A DNA stretch of 48,219 nt from an uncultured Deferribacteres bacterium (GTDB lineage Bacteria > Zhuqueibacterota > Zhuqueibacteria > Zhuqueibacterales > Geothermadaptataceae): positions 1 through 48,219 of the forward strand of contig CAXHAT010000037.1 of NCBI GenBank assembly GCA_964014485.1. Reading direction: 5' to 3'. Position numbers and translations under genes: made by a program. Numbering within the stretch: position 1 is the stretch's first letter; each line of letters begins with the position of its first letter. This document shows positions 17,797-27,073 of the stretch, one piece after another. The notes under the pieces are model-generated. The model worked only from the letters and a program-made list of their open reading frames with translations, made no database searches and was not told the origin of the DNA.

Positions 17797-20115
17797 ATGA
17801 AATTGAAGATGACTCGAATAATTTTGCCTTTTCTTGCGCTTGCTGCTTTTGAAGCGTCAGCGCAGGTGCGGGAGTTTCGTATTCATGATCGCGGCATGAT
17901 CCATCAGACGGTTTTTAACACCGGTACGATTGGCCGCCCGTGGCTCGTATTCGCCACAACGAATTTGCCGCTGATGGAGTGGCCGCCGCGCTCGCGCACC
18001 ATCATTGAAGGCATCGAGTACGACGGGCACCACAATTCGTGGGGCGGCGGCGTGTACGTTTCCGCTAACGAAGACGGCAAACCAGGCGCGGACAATCGCA
18101 TGTACGCCTTCTGCGGCGGTGTTGGGACGCGGACGCAGACCGAGCTGCCGTTTGGAATCTGGAGCTTTCCGCTCTCCCTCGAAGAAATTGAGAATTACCC
18201 GCTTTTGGAAAACGGCGAATTGAATCCGAATTATGATCCGAACGAAGCGGAAGAAATCATTATCGCGAAATGGGCCACACCCGTCGGCATTACCATCACG
18301 CGCACCTCGCGCACCTGGAGCTACCCCGATTTCGACGACATGATTCTCTACGAATACGAGCTCGAGTACACCGGCGACACCGACGGCAATCCGGCGACGA
18401 TTGAGCGCACGACGAAATTGAAGGATGTGCTGTTCCACGTTAATTACGGTTTTGGGCCGTCAAAAATGGCGTTTGGGCGCTGGTACGGCGAGCCGTGGTT
18501 TTACGGCGATCCCGGCGGCATCTACCGCTCGGACCAGCGCTACTCCATGGACCCGGATTATTGGCTGCTCTGGCAGACTTCAACGCAGACCGGTTTTGGC
18601 GACCAGGTAGAGGCTTTCTCCGCCAAGCCGGAACCTGATCCAGATTTGTTCTTGGAATTTGCGCAGACAGGTATTAACGGCGGCGGACTTTTGGGCGCAG
18701 CTTGTCCGGGTTACGCCTTTTTGTACTGGGATTCCAATCACTTGGCGGTCGTCGATCCGATTGACCGCGACCGCAACGAATCGGATTACGTGAATTTTAT
18801 GCTGCGCGACAACAGCAACCGGTTTTTTGAAACCGACGAAAACGGCCATATTCTGCAGCCGTGGAACATGAAAACCGGCACGCCAAATACGCGCTCGCCA
18901 AAGATGATCGACCGCGCCGCGACGCTGGACGAACGCTGGTGGACGGTCTTCGGCGAAGTCGGCGTTCCATCGGGATTTCCTTCCGACGGCGGCCGATACG
19001 TGCTGCCGGGCGGACGGGAATGGAAGGGGCGCGCGCGGTTTGAGTGGGACGAAAGTTACAACGGCGGCATGGCGATTACCGGTTTCGGCCCTTATACTTT
19101 GGAACATGGCGAAAAACTCGAATTTGCGATGGCGGAAGTCATCGGTTATGGCGGCACGGCCGGTAAAATGACGCTCGGCGGTCAACGCGACCGGCAGTTC
19201 TACCCGATTCGAGATTGGAACAAAAAAGTCGAAATTGACGGGCGGGTTTTGACGGAAAATTATCTCGACGATTTCGGCTATCCCGACCACATCAATTCCG
19301 ATGTGATCACTGTGCAGCAGGTCGCTCACAAAGCGCACGAAGCTTATCTCGGCGAAGAAATTCCTTATGACGCGGCGGGTACGGGGCCGGCAGCCAGCGA
19401 ACGTTATCCGACCGGTATGATTTTCCCTGAAATTAATCCGCGCCCCTCGACGAACGCCAACAAGTACCAGATTCCAGCGCCCGTCCCGGCTCCGGTGATC
19501 ACCGTTGAAAATACAGCGACGGCAACGGTAAAAGTCAAATGGGGACGTGCGGTCGAGAGCTTCAGCCATCCACGTTTGTTGGGTAATTTAGCGAAGTTTT
19601 ACGTGTTTCGCGCCGATCTCTCCGCCGGGCCGTTTGCGCTGCTCGATTCGGTTGAGATTGGAAGCGTGAACGATGAAGGCATGTATGAATTTGAGGACAC
19701 GGATCAAGGCTTCAGACTCGGCGAGACCAAATTCTACGCGGTGACCTCGGTTGACGAACACGGCAACCAAAGCGGACGCACGAATTTTACCGAGCACGCC
19801 AAAAACGTCGCTTCAGTGGAAACGTTGGGCAAGGTTTACGCCGTGCCAAATCCGTTCGTCGTCGAATCCGGTTTTGACGGGCAGGGACAGAAAAACGCCA
19901 TTGGCTTTTATGGCCTTCCCGAACGCGCCACCATTCGAATTTTCAGCTACAGTGGTCAGCTTATCGAAACGATTGAGCACGACGAGCGCGTTTTTTCCAC
20001 GCCCTGGTTCCAGGTGACGCGCAATAATCAGGATATCGCCTCGGGCGTTTATTTTTACATTGTCTCAACGCCGGGCGGCGAGAAAGCGACCGGCAAATTA
20101 TTCATCATGAAGTAA
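17797..20115 (+). CDS. TBDR-associated secreted hypothetical protein with Fn3-like region and variant T9SS-type CTD
   Basis: GGAG SD and signal peptide; PAP...YAVTSVD Fn3-like segment; C-terminal VYAVPNPF...IRIFSYSG...IASGVYFY...GKLFIMK. Confidence 0.8.
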   Translation: MKLKMTRIILPFLALAAFEASAQVREFRIHDRGMIHQTVFNTGTIGRPWLVFATTNLPLMEWPPRSRTIIEGIEYDGHHNSWGGGVYVSANEDGKPGADNRMYAFCGGVGTRTQTELPFGIWSFPLSLEEIENYPLLENGELNPNYDPNEAEEIIIAKWATPVGITITRTSRTWSYPDFDDMILYEYELEYTGDTDGNPATIERTTKLKDVLFHVNYGFGPSKMAFGRWYGEPWFYGDPGGIYRSDQRYSMDPDYWLLWQTSTQTGFGDQVEAFSAKPEPDPDLFLEFAQTGINGGGLLGAACPGYAFLYWDSNHLAVVDPIDRDRNESDYVNFMLRDNSNRFFETDENGHILQPWNMKTGTPNTRSPKMIDRAATLDERWWTVFGEVGVPSGFPSDGGRYVLPGGREWKGRARFEWDESYNGGMAITGFGPYTLEHGEKLEFAMAEVIGYGGTAGKMTLGGQRDRQFYPIRDWNKKVEIDGRVLTENYLDDFGYPDHINSDVITVQQVAHKAHEAYLGEEIPYDAAGTGPAASERYPTGMIFPEINPRPSTNANKYQIPAPVPAPVITVENTATATVKVKWGRAVESFSHPRLLGNLAKFYVFRADLSAGPFALLDSVEIGSVNDEGMYEFEDTDQGFRLGETKFYAVTSVDEHGNQSGRTNFTEHAKNVASVETLGKVYAVPNPFVVESGFDGQGQKNAIGFYGLPERATIRIFSYSGQLIETIEHDERVFSTPWFQVTRNNQDIASGVYFYIVSTPGGEKATGKLFIMK

Positions 20116-20136
20116 TGTCAAATCGGAGGACTCAAT

Positions 20137-21132
20137 ATGTTTAGGCGAAGAATCCCTGCCTGCTGCCTGCTGATTATGGCATTCGCTATGACCGGCTCGC
20201 TGAACGCACAGGTCACCGGGCTCGACCAGGTCGGCACAACGTCTTTTCAGTTCTTGCAGATCGTGCCAAATGCGCGCGCGGCCGGGATGGGAAGCGTTGG
20301 CGCGGCAATGCTGCAATCATCAGAAGCCGCATTTTATAATCCCGCCGCTCTGTCTCACACCGAAAATCTCGATCTTTCGCTCTCATATCTTGACTGGTTT
20401 CTAGACGTCAAGCTGACGAGTTTTTCTCTTTCCTATAATCTTTCGAGTTTCGGCACGGTTGGACTGCATCTCTTGTATAATGACATCGGAGAGTTCGAAG
20501 AAACGCGCGTCGATCAACTGGTTCGCGATGACGCGACCGGCGTTTACAACCCTGGCTTGACCGGCAACACCTTTAGCCCGAACTCGATGGTTTTTGGCCT
20601 TTCCTACGCCAAATCCTTAACGGACAAATTCTCATTCGGCTTGACCGCGAAGTTCGCGCGCGAAGACCTGATTGCGCAAAACACATCGTCAATCATTTTC
20701 GACGGCGGTCTGTTGTACTCTACCGGCCTTAAATCGCTGATGCTCGGCGCGATGCTGCGCAATTTCGGGCCGGAAATCAAATATTTCAACGAAGGCTACC
20801 CGTTGCCGCAGGCGTTTTCAATCGGCGTGTCCGGTTATTTGATTGGCCCGGATAACGCTTTCCTCTCAAACTCGAGTTCGCAAAAACTGCTGCTCGCTTA
20901 CGACCTTGCCCAAACGCGCGATCATAGCCAGCAGCAACATATCGGAGCAGAATACGCTTTCAGCGATTTTCTCATGATTCGCAGCGGCTACAAAATTAAC
21001 TTTGACGAAGAAGGCTTGACCCTCGGGTTCGGCCTGAAATTCAGCAAAATGCAATTCGACTACGCTTACAACGATTTCGGCAGTTTCCTCGGCAGCGTGC
21101 AGCGCGTGTCGCTGAATTTTTCATTTAATTGA
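20137..21132 (+). CDS. PorV/PorQ (UPF0164)-family outer-membrane protein
   Basis: GGAGG SD; GTTSFQFLQI.PNARAAGMG...AAFYNPAAL; GLSYAK.LTDKFSFG; beta-strand C-terminus. Confidence 0.85.
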   Translation: MFRRRIPACCLLIMAFAMTGSLNAQVTGLDQVGTTSFQFLQIVPNARAAGMGSVGAAMLQSSEAAFYNPAALSHTENLDLSLSYLDWFLDVKLTSFSLSYNLSSFGTVGLHLLYNDIGEFEETRVDQLVRDDATGVYNPGLTGNTFSPNSMVFGLSYAKSLTDKFSFGLTAKFAREDLIAQNTSSIIFDGGLLYSTGLKSLMLGAMLRNFGPEIKYFNEGYPLPQAFSIGVSGYLIGPDNAFLSNSSSQKLLLAYDLAQTRDHSQQQHIGAEYAFSDFLMIRSGYKINFDEEGLTLGFGLKFSKMQFDYAYNDFGSFLGSVQRVSLNFSFN

Positions 21133-21155
21133 TGGGCTGACGGAGATAACAAACG

Positions 21156-22670
21156 ATGCAAATAAATAGAAAAAAAACATTTTCTCTCGCCGTTCCCCTC
21201 TTCGCGTTGGCTTTTACTGCTTCAGCATTCGCACAGCACCGCGGCGACAATCTGGCGTTTCAAGGATTGGACTTCGCGAACCGGAACGGCGTAAAAGCGA
21301 CGGCGATGGGCGGAGCGTTTACAGCCGCTTCAGGAGAGCTTGAATCCGTATTTTGGAATCCTGCGGGCTTGGTCGGCATTTCCGGCATTCAATTCACGGC
21401 GAATTTCAACTCTTCGGAAAATCTGTGGCGAGAGCGTCAGGACTACCGCCCGAACCGACAGGTTGTTACATTAGCATTCATCCTTGACGGGCTCTATACG
21501 CCGAACCCGGAATTCAACGGCGTGATCGATAACGACGCGTTTTTCGACGATTCGACCTATATCGTTAACGATCCGGTTCTCGGGCAGGATAATTACAGCG
21601 AGGAAGCGGCGGATTGGCAAAAAGAACTCGATCAATCCGGTTTCAGCAATTTTGCTTTAGCCGCACCTTTCAAGCTGGGCAAAAAAGATTTCGTCGCTTC
21701 GGTCGGCTACAACCGGCAAATCGTCGTCTCAAATTACGACCGCAACCAAACCCACACCGTGCCGCATCTTGCCTGGGACGGCTACGGCGACCTGCCAAGT
21801 CGGGTTGTCGGCGCGGGAGACACCGTGCGCGTCACCTGGTCGGATTTTGAGCGTCAGCGTACGGGGCCGTTAAGCAGTTTTACCGCTGCTGTTGCCGCCG
21901 CGCCGATGAAACGCCTTCAAGTCGGTCTCAGCATGAACAGGCTTTCCGGCACGACGCAAGATTTTCAGGCGCTCAACCGCGTCGGCTATTTCGACCTGTT
22001 TGACGGCATCCAGATTTATAGCTTCACTTATGACACCCTGAACGCACGCACCAGCGGAGAGTCAGAATTCAGCGCAACGGAAATCAATCTCGGTTTTCTT
22101 TTCAAATTCGATAAACTGAGTATTGGCGCCTCGCTCAAGCCCGGCTATACTATCAACCGGAATTGGAGCTATTCAACAACAACCGCCGATGCAAATTCAA
22201 ATTCGACGCAGCAAAGCTCTGGAGAAGATAAGCTCGACGTTCCTTTTTCATTCAGCGCCGGATTGCATTTACAACCGCATGAAAATTTTGGAATCGCTCT
22301 GGATTTAGAACGCCGCCCCTATGGCAGCGCCGATTTCTCCTTCAGAACCAACGACGAAACCCACCGTGATTGGGTCGATCAAACCAGCTTCCGCGCCGGG
22401 GTTGAGTTCCGCCCGTTTTCACGATTGGCCTTGCTTGGCGGCTATCGCAGCATCCCGCAAGTCTTCATCCCCGACGGCGCAGCGGATTTGGAAAAGGGCC
22501 CGGTTTCAAATGCGTACACGTTCGGTCTTAGCCTTTTCGCCCTCTTTGGCCGCTTCGATTTTGCCTACGAAATTCAGCGTCTCAAATATTACGACGTTTA
22601 TTTCAGTAACACGAACTGGGCGTTTGAGCGGCTCGAGTATTTGCGGGCGGGTTATACATTTATGTTATAG
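21156..22670 (+). CDS. OmpP1/FadL-like outer-membrane beta-barrel
   Basis: Signal peptide; GVKATAMGGAFTA...VFWNPAGL hatch motif; amphipathic strands ending in YLRAGYTF. Confidence 0.75.
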   Translation: MQINRKKTFSLAVPLFALAFTASAFAQHRGDNLAFQGLDFANRNGVKATAMGGAFTAASGELESVFWNPAGLVGISGIQFTANFNSSENLWRERQDYRPNRQVVTLAFILDGLYTPNPEFNGVIDNDAFFDDSTYIVNDPVLGQDNYSEEAADWQKELDQSGFSNFALAAPFKLGKKDFVASVGYNRQIVVSNYDRNQTHTVPHLAWDGYGDLPSRVVGAGDTVRVTWSDFERQRTGPLSSFTAAVAAAPMKRLQVGLSMNRLSGTTQDFQALNRVGYFDLFDGIQIYSFTYDTLNARTSGESEFSATEINLGFLFKFDKLSIGASLKPGYTINRNWSYSTTTADANSNSTQQSSGEDKLDVPFSFSAGLHLQPHENFGIALDLERRPYGSADFSFRTNDETHRDWVDQTSFRAGVEFRPFSRLALLGGYRSIPQVFIPDGAADLEKGPVSNAYTFGLSLFALFGRFDFAYEIQRLKYYDVYFSNTNWAFERLEYLRAGYTFML

Positions 22671-22731
22671 CCAAGCGCCTGAGTTCCAACTTTCGAGATT
22701 GTTTCGGAATGGAAAATATGGGTTTGAAGCT

Positions 22732-22779
22732 TATCCGTGCAGCGGCGCATTGCAGTAAATCGCTGCACGGATATTTTTT
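22732..22779 (+). terminator. Probable intrinsic terminator closing the polysaccharide locus
   Basis: 13-bp stem TATCCGTGCAGCG/CGCTGCACGGATA followed by TTTTTT; the loop is long (16 nt). Confidence 0.55.
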
Positions 22780-23064
22780 GAACTCGCATTTTGTCGCCGC
22801 TTGCTCCTCCGTAATGACGAATAATCTATCCACAAATATAGCACCCGCACCCAACCTGCCGATCCCGCCCAAGCGACCTCTCAAACCTACTCTGTTTTCG
22901 TGAAAACCTTCCAACATGCTGGCGAATATCTGTTGATTTTGATCGATGCGCCTGTAGATTTATTTATTCGTCCACGAATTAATTCACATTTACAATTCCG
23001 AGCATCTTGAGAAAAACGCGCCGCTCAGCCAGAGATTGGTTTTGCGGTAGATTTGATATTGTAA

Positions 23065-23305
23065 CTGATGTTACGCACAGCAAAACATTCCCTAGGCTCA
23101 ACCGCAAACAGCGGCTCGTTCCCAAACTTCGGTTTGGGAACGGAAATGCACTCGAAACTCCAGTTTCGAGTGCAATTTCGATCCCAATCCAGAGATTGGG
23201 ATCGAGAATCTTGGGCTTCTCGAAATTAGGTTGACGGTAATACGGCTCCGCAGTACTGACGTTAATAATCGGTGGCTGTATTATAGAACTGGCGCGTAAC
23301 ATCAA
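23065..23305. mobile_element. Miniature inverted-repeat element A (241 bp) with 7-bp target duplication and an internal triple-hairpin REP
   Basis: Ends CTGATGTTACGCAC / GCGCGTAACATCAA; direct repeat ATTGTAA at 23058-23064 and 23306-23312; hairpins at 23117-23142, 23147-23174 and 23178-23205. Confidence 0.8.
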
Positions 23306-23327
23306 ATTGTAAATTGAACGGAAAGCC

Positions 23328-23825
23328 ATGCAATCAATCGACCTTATTCGAGAGAATCTAAAATTGAGTGAAAGTATCGTTCTTTCACGAATCGAAGACA
23401 TGCAAGAACATTGCATGATCTTCTCGACCCCAAGAGGCGGTCTGCACACGTTGTGGATACTTGGCCACCTCGCATACATTGAATCGCAAGTCATTCAGAG
23501 TTTTATGCTTGGAAGGCCAAATCCTTTGGCTCGATGGAGTGATTTATTTGACGGCTCTGAAGTTCCGGATGATGAAAACCTCTTCCCGCCGTTTCGTGAA
23601 GTACTGAAAAAATGTAGAGATGTGCGCGTCGAAACGATCTCGCTTCTTGACTCATTTACTGAGGAAGATTTGGACGGCAGAAGCAAGAATGCGCCTGACG
23701 GTGCAGAAGAATTATTCGGCACTTATCGACGCTGTTTCCAGTATGCGTCGGATCATTGGCTTATGCATCGCGGGCAACTGGCCGACGCGCGACAAATGGC
23801 GGGAATGGAGCGGATGTGGTACTGA
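23328..23825 (+). CDS. DinB-family protein
   Basis: WILGHLA...E and HWLMHRGQL His motifs of the DinB/YfiT four-helix bundle. Confidence 0.85.
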   Translation: MQSIDLIRENLKLSESIVLSRIEDMQEHCMIFSTPRGGLHTLWILGHLAYIESQVIQSFMLGRPNPLARWSDLFDGSEVPDDENLFPPFREVLKKCRDVRVETISLLDSFTEEDLDGRSKNAPDGAEELFGTYRRCFQYASDHWLMHRGQLADARQMAGMERMWY

Positions 23826-23857
23826 ATTTAAAGGCGTAACGAAAGAGGGTGTGAGTC

Positions 23858-24253
23858 GTGGCAAAGTTAGAACATGCTGCGCTTTGGGCGAAGGATATCG
23901 ACAAATTAAAGGCGTTTTATGAAAAGTATTTTGAAGCGAAATCGAACGCAAAATACATCAATGAACAAAAGCGGTTTCAATCCTATTTTTTGAGTTTCTT
24001 GTCCGGTGCTCGCTTGGAAATCATGCAGCGACCAGGTGTAGAAACACGCGAGAGGAAGAACTCGGTGCAAGAGTTTATCGGGTACGCCCATTTAGCGTTT
24101 TCAGTAGGTTCGGAAAATAATGTCGATAACCTGACAGACCGACTTCAACGAGACGGTTATAAAAAGCTGGACGGCCCGCGCCGAACAGGCGACGGATACT
24201 ACGAAAGCGTCGTTCTCGACCCTGAAGGAAATCGTATCGAAATCACGGTGTAG
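23858..24253 (+). CDS. VOC/glyoxalase family protein
   Basis: EHAALW..D...KAFY, RLEIM, GYAHLAFSVGS, PRRTGDGYYESVVLDPEGNRIEIT. Confidence 0.9.
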   Translation: MAKLEHAALWAKDIDKLKAFYEKYFEAKSNAKYINEQKRFQSYFLSFLSGARLEIMQRPGVETRERKNSVQEFIGYAHLAFSVGSENNVDNLTDRLQRDGYKKLDGPRRTGDGYYESVVLDPEGNRIEITV

Positions 24254-24359
24254 AGTCAAAAGCTCAAAGTTAAGAATAGGATCGTTTCGTTTTGATATTA
24301 ACTGATGTTATGCACTCTTGGAAATTTCTCAAACAGCACCAGAGAAACGTCGCTTTTAC

Positions 24360-24583
24360 GTCATTCCCGCGCAGGCGGGAATCCAGTCAATCGCGCACAG
24401 CCCCTGGATTCCCGCCTGCCAGGCTGTTGCAGAATAGATTTTCCATAAGATCACGCCTAATAAAATTCGCGACAAAGCTACAGCGAGCTTCCAACGTGCA
24501 GCTATATAGCTCATTCGCTTCACAAATTAAGGCCGCGATTGAGAAATTTTCCATTCTGCAACAGCCTGCTGCGCGGGAATGAC
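24360..24583. repeat. REP-like GTCATTCCCGCG element interrupted by a MITE
   Basis: Left arm is identical to 7-30. The right arm is split into TGGATTCCCGCCTGC (to 24419) and CTGCGCGGGAATGAC (24569-24583). Confidence 0.9.
24420..24568. mobile_element. 149-bp MITE with perfect 16-bp TIRs and 4-bp target duplication
   Basis: CAGGCTGTTGCAGAAT (24420-24435) / ATTCTGCAACAGCCTG (24553-24568); CTGC duplicated at 24416-24419 and 24569-24572. Confidence 0.9.
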
Positions 24584-24785
24584 TTTGACAGGAGTTTTTT
24601 TGGTTTCATAGCTGGCGCGTAACATCAGATATTAAGTCTTCCAGCCTTGGAAGCTTTTGGCGATGCAAACGGGTTGATTCGACCCACCCAGTCAACATAG
24701 AAATACACTGACAACAATCGATACAAAGCGAAAGTTTTTCTGCCAAAAAGAAGTCCTTTCAGTTTTTTTAAGTGAGGAAGTTATC

Positions 24786-26834
24786 ATGAAATTCTTTTCG
24801 AACCCGACCAAGCATTTTTTGAGAATTTTCTTTCTATACTTCAGCCTCGTTTCAGCCGCCTTTTGCCAAAGCCTCGAAGTCATGCCATTGTTCTCGGATC
24901 ACATGGTTTTGCAGCAAAAGACCAAAGCGGCGTTCTGGGGAAAAGCGTCACCGGGAACGGAAGTGGTCGTTTCCGGGAGTTGGGGCAAGGACGCCAAAGC
25001 ACAAGCCAACACTGATGGCAAATGGCGCACAACGCTGAAAACGCCGGAAGCGGGCGGACCGTATCAGGTCGAAATCATTTCGGGATCAGAGACAATTCAA
25101 ATCAAAGACGTCATGGTTGGCGAGGTCTGGCTTTGTTCCGGTCAGTCGAATATGGAAATGCCCTTGCGCGGCTGGCTTCCCAGTGATCCGATTGCGGATA
25201 GTGAAATGACGATCCAATCCGCGGACTTCGAGCAAATTCGCATGTTCACCGTTACTCGCGCTTACGATGACGAACCGCAAGAAACGGTTGCAGGCGCTTG
25301 GGCTGTGAGCTCGCCGGAAACCGCTGGAGATTTCAGTGCGACGGCGTTTTTCTTTGGCAGAAAACTATACGAAACGCTCAAAATTCCCGTTGGTTTGATT
25401 CACACGAGTTGGGGCGGCGCCCCGGCTGAAGCTTGGACTTCCGCTGCTCATCTGGAACAAATCGACGATTTTAAAGATGTAGTTGCGCAGATGGAAGCTT
25501 CGAAAGCGGAGCACGCGGCGCTGGAGAACTGGCTCAAAGACCGCGAAATTGTGACAACCGGCGATCCAGCCGATGAAGACCGTTTGGCAAAACTCGAATT
25601 TGGCGTCGGCGCTCTCGCGGGACTTGATCATGCTGACGGAGACTGGCCGCGAATGAACTTGCCGACGACTTGGGAGCGCACGGAAATGAGCGAATTCGAC
25701 GGCACGGTTTGGTTCAGAAAGAAGGTTGAGCTTCCTGAGGCCTGGAACGGGGAAAACCTCATTCTTGAATTGGGGCCTATCGATGACATGGATCGCGCGT
25801 ATTTCAATGGCGAATTTGTCGGCGGCATGCAGGCGCTTGGACAATGGCAAGAAAAACGATCGTACAAAATCCCTGCGAGCATTGTCCGTTCAGGAAATAA
25901 TATGATTTCCGTGCGCGTTGTTGATACGGGCGGCGGGGGAGGCATTTACGGCGAACCCGGGGACATGCGTGTTTTTCCCGAAAATAACGCTGAGAACGCG
26001 GTTTCGCTGGCTGGTGAATGGGGTTATCTGCCTGTCGCCGAATACAGAAGCGGAAAGTTTTTTGTGATTGGAGGCACTGTGGGCGACTTTGCTTCCCGGC
26101 CTAAGCTTACGACGTCGTTCGGCCCGCGAACGCCGACGGTTTTGTACAACGCCATGCTCGCTCCGCTTGTGCCGTATTCGATCAAGGGCGCAATTTGGTA
26201 TCAAGGGGAGTCGAATGTGGGGCGCGCTGAGCAGTATAAATCGTTGTTTCCCAAAATGATCCAGGGCTGGCGCGAGGCTTGGAAACAAGAATTTCCTTTT
26301 TACTATGTCCAAATCGCTCCGTTTCGGTACTCTCGTCCTGAAAATTCTGAGTCAGCAGAACTGCGGAACGCGCAGAACTTGACCTTACGAGTGCCCAAAA
26401 CCGGTCAAGTCGTGACTTTGGACATTGGCAATGTTGACAACATTCATCCAGCCAACAAAAAAGACGTCGGCGAGCGGCTGGCGCGCTGGGCTTTGGCGAA
26501 AGATTACAAGCAAAAGTCCGTTCATTTCTCCGGCCCGGTCTGCCGCTCCGCCAAGCGCGAAAATGATCAAATCGTTCTGGATTTTGATCCCCGGGCAGAA
26601 TCTTTGTCGAAAAGAGGCAAGCCTATCGAAGGCTTCGAGGTTGTTTTTGAAGACGGTACTATGGCTGCTGTTGAAGCTGAAGTTGGTCTTCTCGGTAAAC
26701 AAATCTTCCTGGCCTTAAGCGCGGCTCAAAAACCGATTGCCGTGCGCTATGCCTGGAAAAACGGCTCGAAGGCGTCGCTTTTTAATTCCGCCGGACTGCC
26801 TGCATCGACGTTTGAGATTTCAATTAAGAACTGA
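24786..26834 (+). CDS. Sialate O-acetylesterase family (SGNH) esterase with inserted sugar-binding domain
   Basis: FSDHMVLQQ, GEVWLCSGQSNME, FSATAFFFG, IKGAIWYQGESN, NIHPANK motifs. Confidence 0.9.
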   Translation: MKFFSNPTKHFLRIFFLYFSLVSAAFCQSLEVMPLFSDHMVLQQKTKAAFWGKASPGTEVVVSGSWGKDAKAQANTDGKWRTTLKTPEAGGPYQVEIISGSETIQIKDVMVGEVWLCSGQSNMEMPLRGWLPSDPIADSEMTIQSADFEQIRMFTVTRAYDDEPQETVAGAWAVSSPETAGDFSATAFFFGRKLYETLKIPVGLIHTSWGGAPAEAWTSAAHLEQIDDFKDVVAQMEASKAEHAALENWLKDREIVTTGDPADEDRLAKLEFGVGALAGLDHADGDWPRMNLPTTWERTEMSEFDGTVWFRKKVELPEAWNGENLILELGPIDDMDRAYFNGEFVGGMQALGQWQEKRSYKIPASIVRSGNNMISVRVVDTGGGGGIYGEPGDMRVFPENNAENAVSLAGEWGYLPVAEYRSGKFFVIGGTVGDFASRPKLTTSFGPRTPTVLYNAMLAPLVPYSIKGAIWYQGESNVGRAEQYKSLFPKMIQGWREAWKQEFPFYYVQIAPFRYSRPENSESAELRNAQNLTLRVPKTGQVVTLDIGNVDNIHPANKKDVGERLARWALAKDYKQKSVHFSGPVCRSAKRENDQIVLDFDPRAESLSKRGKPIEGFEVVFEDGTMAAVEAEVGLLGKQIFLALSAAQKPIAVRYAWKNGSKASLFNSAGLPASTFEISIKN

Positions 26835-27073
26835 TGTTACGCACCGCCGTTTGGCACGCGCGATTAAAGCCCGCAGGCAACTTTTTGATTCTCATTAGCT
26901 CCGCTCTTCAGAACGGAGATTTTTGAAGACGCCAGTCCCATCCCTTCCGCCGCGCCAGCACGGCGGAAGGGATAAAAATGAGAGCCTTGCGCGTCACCGG
27001 GCTCAAGCCCGGTGCTAATGAAACCATGTTCAAGACTGAGCAACAGGCGATGCATTGGCGTGCGTAACATCAA
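26831..27073. mobile_element. Miniature inverted-repeat element C (243 bp), same ends as A/B, different internal REP, no target duplication
   Basis: Ends CTGATGTTACGCAC / GTGCGTAACATCAA; interior TCATTAGC...GCTAATGA with hairpins including CACCGGGCTCAAGCCCGGTG; flanks TTAAGAA vs CGCCAAA. Confidence 0.7.

Larger units (their letters stand above)
24302..24628. mobile_element. Miniature inverted-repeat element B (327 bp) with 7-bp target duplication, containing a REP and a nested MITE
   Basis: Ends CTGATGTTATGCAC / GCGCGTAACATCAG; direct repeat ATATTAA at 24295-24301 and 24629-24635. Confidence 0.85.

Noticed and set aside
6106..19569. Long antisense ORFs (e.g. 6106-7257, 8161-9042, 18580-19569)
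   Set aside because: Shadow frames of well-supported GC-biased genes.
22660..23494. Short ORFs 22660-22917, 22709-22903, 22979-23494 and 23007-23234
   Set aside because: They overlap a terminator, element A or the antisense of dinB, and show no family motifs.
24292..24582. 96-aa ORF
   Set aside because: It is a translation of the nested repeat elements.
23065..27073. Integron attC or dif/pdif interpretation of the GTTAC...GTAAC repeats between small genes
   Set aside because: The order is GTT...AAC rather than RYYYAAC...GTTRRRY, there is no 11-6-11 Xer layout or integrase, and 7-bp duplications point to DDE-type insertion.
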